A stretch of DNA of 64,000 bases. Origin: Azolla caroliniana. Its lineage: Eukaryota > Plantae > Polypodiophyta. The position numbers and the translations under genes are program-made. The notes under the pieces are model-generated. The model saw nothing but the letters and a program-made list of their open reading frames with translations. It was not told where the DNA came from and did not search any database. Where the stretch lies: positions 16,616,001 to 16,680,000 of the forward strand of contig JBHGNT010000017.1 of the NCBI GenBank assembly GCA_043228905.1, read 5' to 3'. The first letter of the stretch is position 1. Each line of letters opens with the position of its first letter. Shown here one piece after another: positions 60,084 through 64,000 of this stretch.

Positions 60084-62150
60084 TGTCGTATGATGTTGCA
60101 AGGTGTGTGGGTCGGTATACCGCCCAAATACGAAGCGGGTTCAACTTGATGTATTGTATGTTGAACACTACAACTTTCTAGAAACTTCTAGAGAATGCAT
60201 GAGGATGCATTCTCTAGAATATTCCTAGCTTGCATGCATACATCCACCTTCTTGTATAAATACTTGGGTGCACCTTGATTCCAATCAAGGTGAACATCAC
60301 CAATTATGGAAGCATAAGTTGAGTTCTTGTTATCTTCCTCTTGCCTCTTGCCTCTCTTCGTATTTAGTCTTTTGTTTTGGTTCTGCTCCATTCTACCCAT
60401 CGGTGACAGTTTTAGGGTTTCTTCTACTTCAAATTTCAGGATTTCTTTCTTCTTCTCCTCAACATACTTGAGATTTGAGGGTTTCCTTCATTATTTTCCA
60501 TCGGTGACAGTTTTAGGGTTTCTTCTTCTTCTTCTTCTTCAAAATTTAGGATTTCTTTATTCTTCTCCTCAACATACTTGAGATTTGCGGGTTTCCTTCA
60601 TTATTTTCCATCGGTGACAGTTTTAGGGTTTCTTCTTCTTCTTCTTCTTCAAATTTTAGGATTTCTTTATTCTTCTCCTCAACATACTTGAGATTTGAGG
60701 GTTTCCTTTATTATTTTCCATGAGTGACAGTTTTAGGGTTTCTTCTTCTTCTTCTTCTTCAAATTTTAGGATTTCTTTATTCTTCTCCTCAACATACTTG
60801 AGATTTGAGGGTTTCCTTCATTCGGTTCTTTCTTCTTCTTTTTTTACTCAAGAGTGTTTAGGGTTCCTCTCACTTGAAGAGGCGGTGTGAAAGAGAAAGA
60901 AGGCAAAATTAGCTCGTCGAGCAAGGAAGGAAGCTCAAAGTAGCACGAGGACACAACCTCGACAATGAAGGTGGCCTAGCCGTTGATGGTAAGCGAGGCC
61001 TTGTCGAAGATCACATAGCTTGGATTCTAACAATTAACCTATTGTACCCAATTCTCTTTTAATATATCACTTTTCGTTAGCACCATTATTCTTACTCACT
61101 ATGTATCTTTTGTAAACTGTACATTATAAAGGGATTTCTTGTATAATCTTGAATATAGATCTTAATATGAGTTTATTTTGATCTTAATCTCGTGTACTTG
61201 TATTAATCAAGTGTATTAAACCTAATCCCATGTGCTAATCGCTCCTAAATGCCAAGTTCCCCTACTTTCCTGTCCTCCTAGTCTTCATGTCCTCTCAACC
61301 TTCATGTCGTCCTTAGTCCAAGACCCTCGTGGTCCCGCTCAAGTAGCACACGTACGCGACATTATTTGGTGAACCCGAGCGGCAAGGGAGGATGACGACG
61401 GCCAATGAAGCTTTCACAGAGATATGTCAAGGATGATTATGGCTTTGGCGAAGGAAAGAGAAATACAAGAATTGATACAAGATGTTGTTGAAAAGGTGGT
61501 CGAAACATTTGGTTGTTTTAATGAGGACAATGTCCCAAACGTTTTAAAAGCCTACAAAGCCGAGATGAGTCCCCAAGAGGTGAAAATGAGGCAATGAGGC
61601 TGAAATGTTTTTGCATGGTGGTAGATGTGCTAATATACGAAGAGGTCAAGAAGCTTTAAGAAGCTCACGACTCGACTCAAGGGAATCCTTCAAGTAAGTG
61701 CTACTAGAGAAGTACAACTATGAAGAGACAAGGGAAAGAAGTCGGTATGAATTCGACCTATGAGTACCATCAACGAAGACCCACCAAAGGGCCACACATG
61801 CATTTCTAGAGTTCGACGTCACGTCGTTTTGTTCAACTCTCGGGGTGGGATCAAAGACTGGTGAGGGTGAGTAAAATCTTAATGTTTGTGAAGTCCCTCA
61901 ATCAAAGAGAAGGATGGCCATTGGAGTCCAACTTGGGGACAACGATGGAGCAAATGGGCTAACTAAAGATTGAAGCAAAATGGGAAGAGTACGTCGAAGA
62001 TATGATAGAAGGGAGATTGGGATCTTATAAACAATGGTGGAACCCATAAAGGAATGTCAATGGAAGGCAAGACTAATCAACCCACTACCATCCAAAGACG
62101 AGAGCTCAACAAGGAAGTTACGAGAAGGGTCAACCCACTACTATCCAACG
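60084..62150 (+). mobile_element. Old relative of the Trp-PBS gypsy family: LTR (about 60084-61361), PBS and decayed gag
   Basis: The LTR end ...TAGTCCAAGACCCTCGTGGTCCC...GCGACA is followed by TGGTGAACCCGA. The downstream decayed frame (KAYKAEM, KTHQRATHAFLEF, ILMFVKS, DGANGLTKD) matches ORF1 residues YKAEM, KTHRSATQAFLEF, VLMFVKS, EGTNGLTED. Confidence 0.8.
60398..60822. repeat. ~110-bp tandem repeat, about 4 copies, inside the LTR
   Basis: Unit CCATCGGTGACAGTTTTAGGGTTT(CTT)n..AGGATTTCTTTATTCTTCTCCTCAACATACTTGAGATTTGAGGGTTTCCTTCATTATTTT, starting at 60398, 60498, 60608 and 60718. Confidence 0.92.
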
Positions 62151-64000
62151 GGGAAGAGGCTCTATTTTTCGACACTTGGGATATTCATTGGGAAAGAATG
62201 TCATGAATAGTCAATTGATTGAATGAATGTCTAATAAGTTAATGGATAAGTTCATGTATTGGAAGTCACAATCTTGAGGTTTTACAACATATTATGGAAC
62301 ACAGAATATTATATTACTTGCCACTGTTACCACATTGGACAAAGGAGGCTTTGCATTCTTTTTTCTAACCTCTTCGATATTTGGTGTGGAGGAAGAAGGA
62401 TAAGTTGAGAATCACATTGTCATGGGTAGACAAAACCCCATGAGGTTTAAGATGACTCAAACACATAACCTCTAAGGTAGAGCACTTAACTTTAGCCATT
62501 AGACTATGATCATATTATATATAAAATGCTATATTTACTTTACTATAAATTTGATATTGTGACCCTATAAATATCCAAAGGGTGCCATGACCTTGATTCA
62601 CATCGCAATGCATGTGAGCTAGGTTGCATGGAATGAGAGAGAGAGGTAGAGAAAGAGAGAGACTAGCATTAGGCAAATACTTCTTTTGCATTCTTTAAGT
62701 GAACAATTACTCACCATTCATAAAATGTTTGATTTGTCATTAGATTTGGGTTCACATTTCTCAAATTTGGCAAGTTTTGTCACCTTCTTATTTGACACCA
62801 AGACAATGGGTGCATAATTTCCATAGCTCGAGCTAAGAAATCAGAGATGGAGTTTTTTTTTCCCCTTTTTGAGGTATCAGGGTATGCATAATGTTTTTTA
62901 TTTGAAGGTGAGCAAACACTCAAAATCCACTTATTTTTAGGGATGAAAATGCTTCATGAAGGAGGCTAGTAATGAGAGGGACTAATCACTATCGTAGTCC
63001 TTCGTTTATGTAACCATGAGCCTTCATACACAGTGAAACTTCAAAATAAAGAAAAGGCATTTAGAGAGAGCCTCGATTAACGAGGGACAAAACAAGTTAA
63101 ACTTTAGTCATCATATTACTTGTACTTGATACCTTCCGAGAAACTTATGAAGACCTCCAATGTCTCACAGATTCGAGAAGCCTCAATTTGCCAAAGCATT
63201 CTATCATAGGTTCGACGAGGAACCAAAAGCATCCTCTGGTTTCAAGTAGATGGAGGGTTTGCTTAGTGAGGGATTCACTCCGTAACGAAGGTATATCCAG
63301 AGACAAAACTAAGAGGATTCGGGTATTATGGATCTTAGATTTCTAGAAGATTCCAACAGGTTTTTCGAATTCTACAAACATGCGGGACTTATGCACTTGC
63401 TCACTTTCTCCTTCTCCGGAAAGGTGTCGGGGAAGGAGGGTGAAACTTATGTGATTTGAACCTTTCCGGAAGCCTCGTGTGCCTGGTAGCTTTGCGTTTA
63501 TGTGTCATGTATATCCAAGGATTCCTAGAACTTCCAAGCAAAGTATTCCGTTTAGTGACTATGCAAATCAATTGATTGCACACACACAAGTACATACAAA
63601 ATAAGACGGGAAGTGTCACTATAAACAAAGATTCGGCCAACATTATCTAGGGACCGACAAACCCTAACCTAACCCTAAGTTTACACAAAAGCAATTAGGG
63701 TTTCCAATTAATTAACCCCTTTGTGTTTTTTTGTTTGTTTTTTACTTGTGTGTAACAATCGGCAACGACCGAACCGCAAAAACACGGTTTAACGGCTTAA
63801 TGGCTTAACGGTTTGGTTCAGGTTTAGTTTTTTTTAACGGTTTAACAGTTTTTAATTATAAAAAAATTTTAAAATATAAAAAAATTTCTAAAAAATTTTA
63901 AAATTTGTTTTTAAACAATCTTTTCATTTTTACTCCTTATTCTCACATTTTAGGAACATCTTAAAAATTGTAAAAATTCTAAGTAATGAAATATTATAAA

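Noticed and set aside
63655-63850. Telomere-like AAACCCTAA motifs and AACCG/CGGTT clusters suggesting a DNA-transposon end
   Set aside because: There are too few repeats for a telomeric array, and no partner TIR or TSD lies inside the window.

Overview
This is eukaryotic, land-plant DNA. A moss of the Physcomitrium type is my inference from the retroelement lineages and gene structure, and it is not verified. The left ~32 kb is a pile of nested retrotransposons: decayed Ty1/copia pieces, a 5'-truncated non-chromovirus Ty3/gypsy, and a four-level nest with all three internal target-site duplications readable. In that nest an L1-type LINE is interrupted by a small non-coding LTR element (TSD ATTTT), which is interrupted by an intact chromovirus (TSD AAACC), which is interrupted by a very young three-LTR element (TSD CCGT). 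The middle holds one host gene, a 10-exon At3g27390-like membrane protein (38826-46188, +) with a GC-AG first intron. The right part holds a Mutator-type MITE, a LINE remnant, a full-length but multiply disabled copia, and an old relative of the three-LTR family. The most unusual system is the three-LTR element (15621-21848). Its layout is LTR-A / Gag-derived ORF1 / divergent LTR-B / Gag-derived ORF2 / LTR-A, with no pol and tRNA-Trp primer-binding sites. Each of its LTRs carries an antisense tRNA-like Pol III A/B-box cassette and an array of GTG-GGATT-CAC hairpins. Also notable are an apparent Tf1-style 11-nt self-priming signal in the small LTR element and a gypsy LTR that contains a copia-LTR segment. 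All alignments and difference counts were done by eye, and no database search was run.
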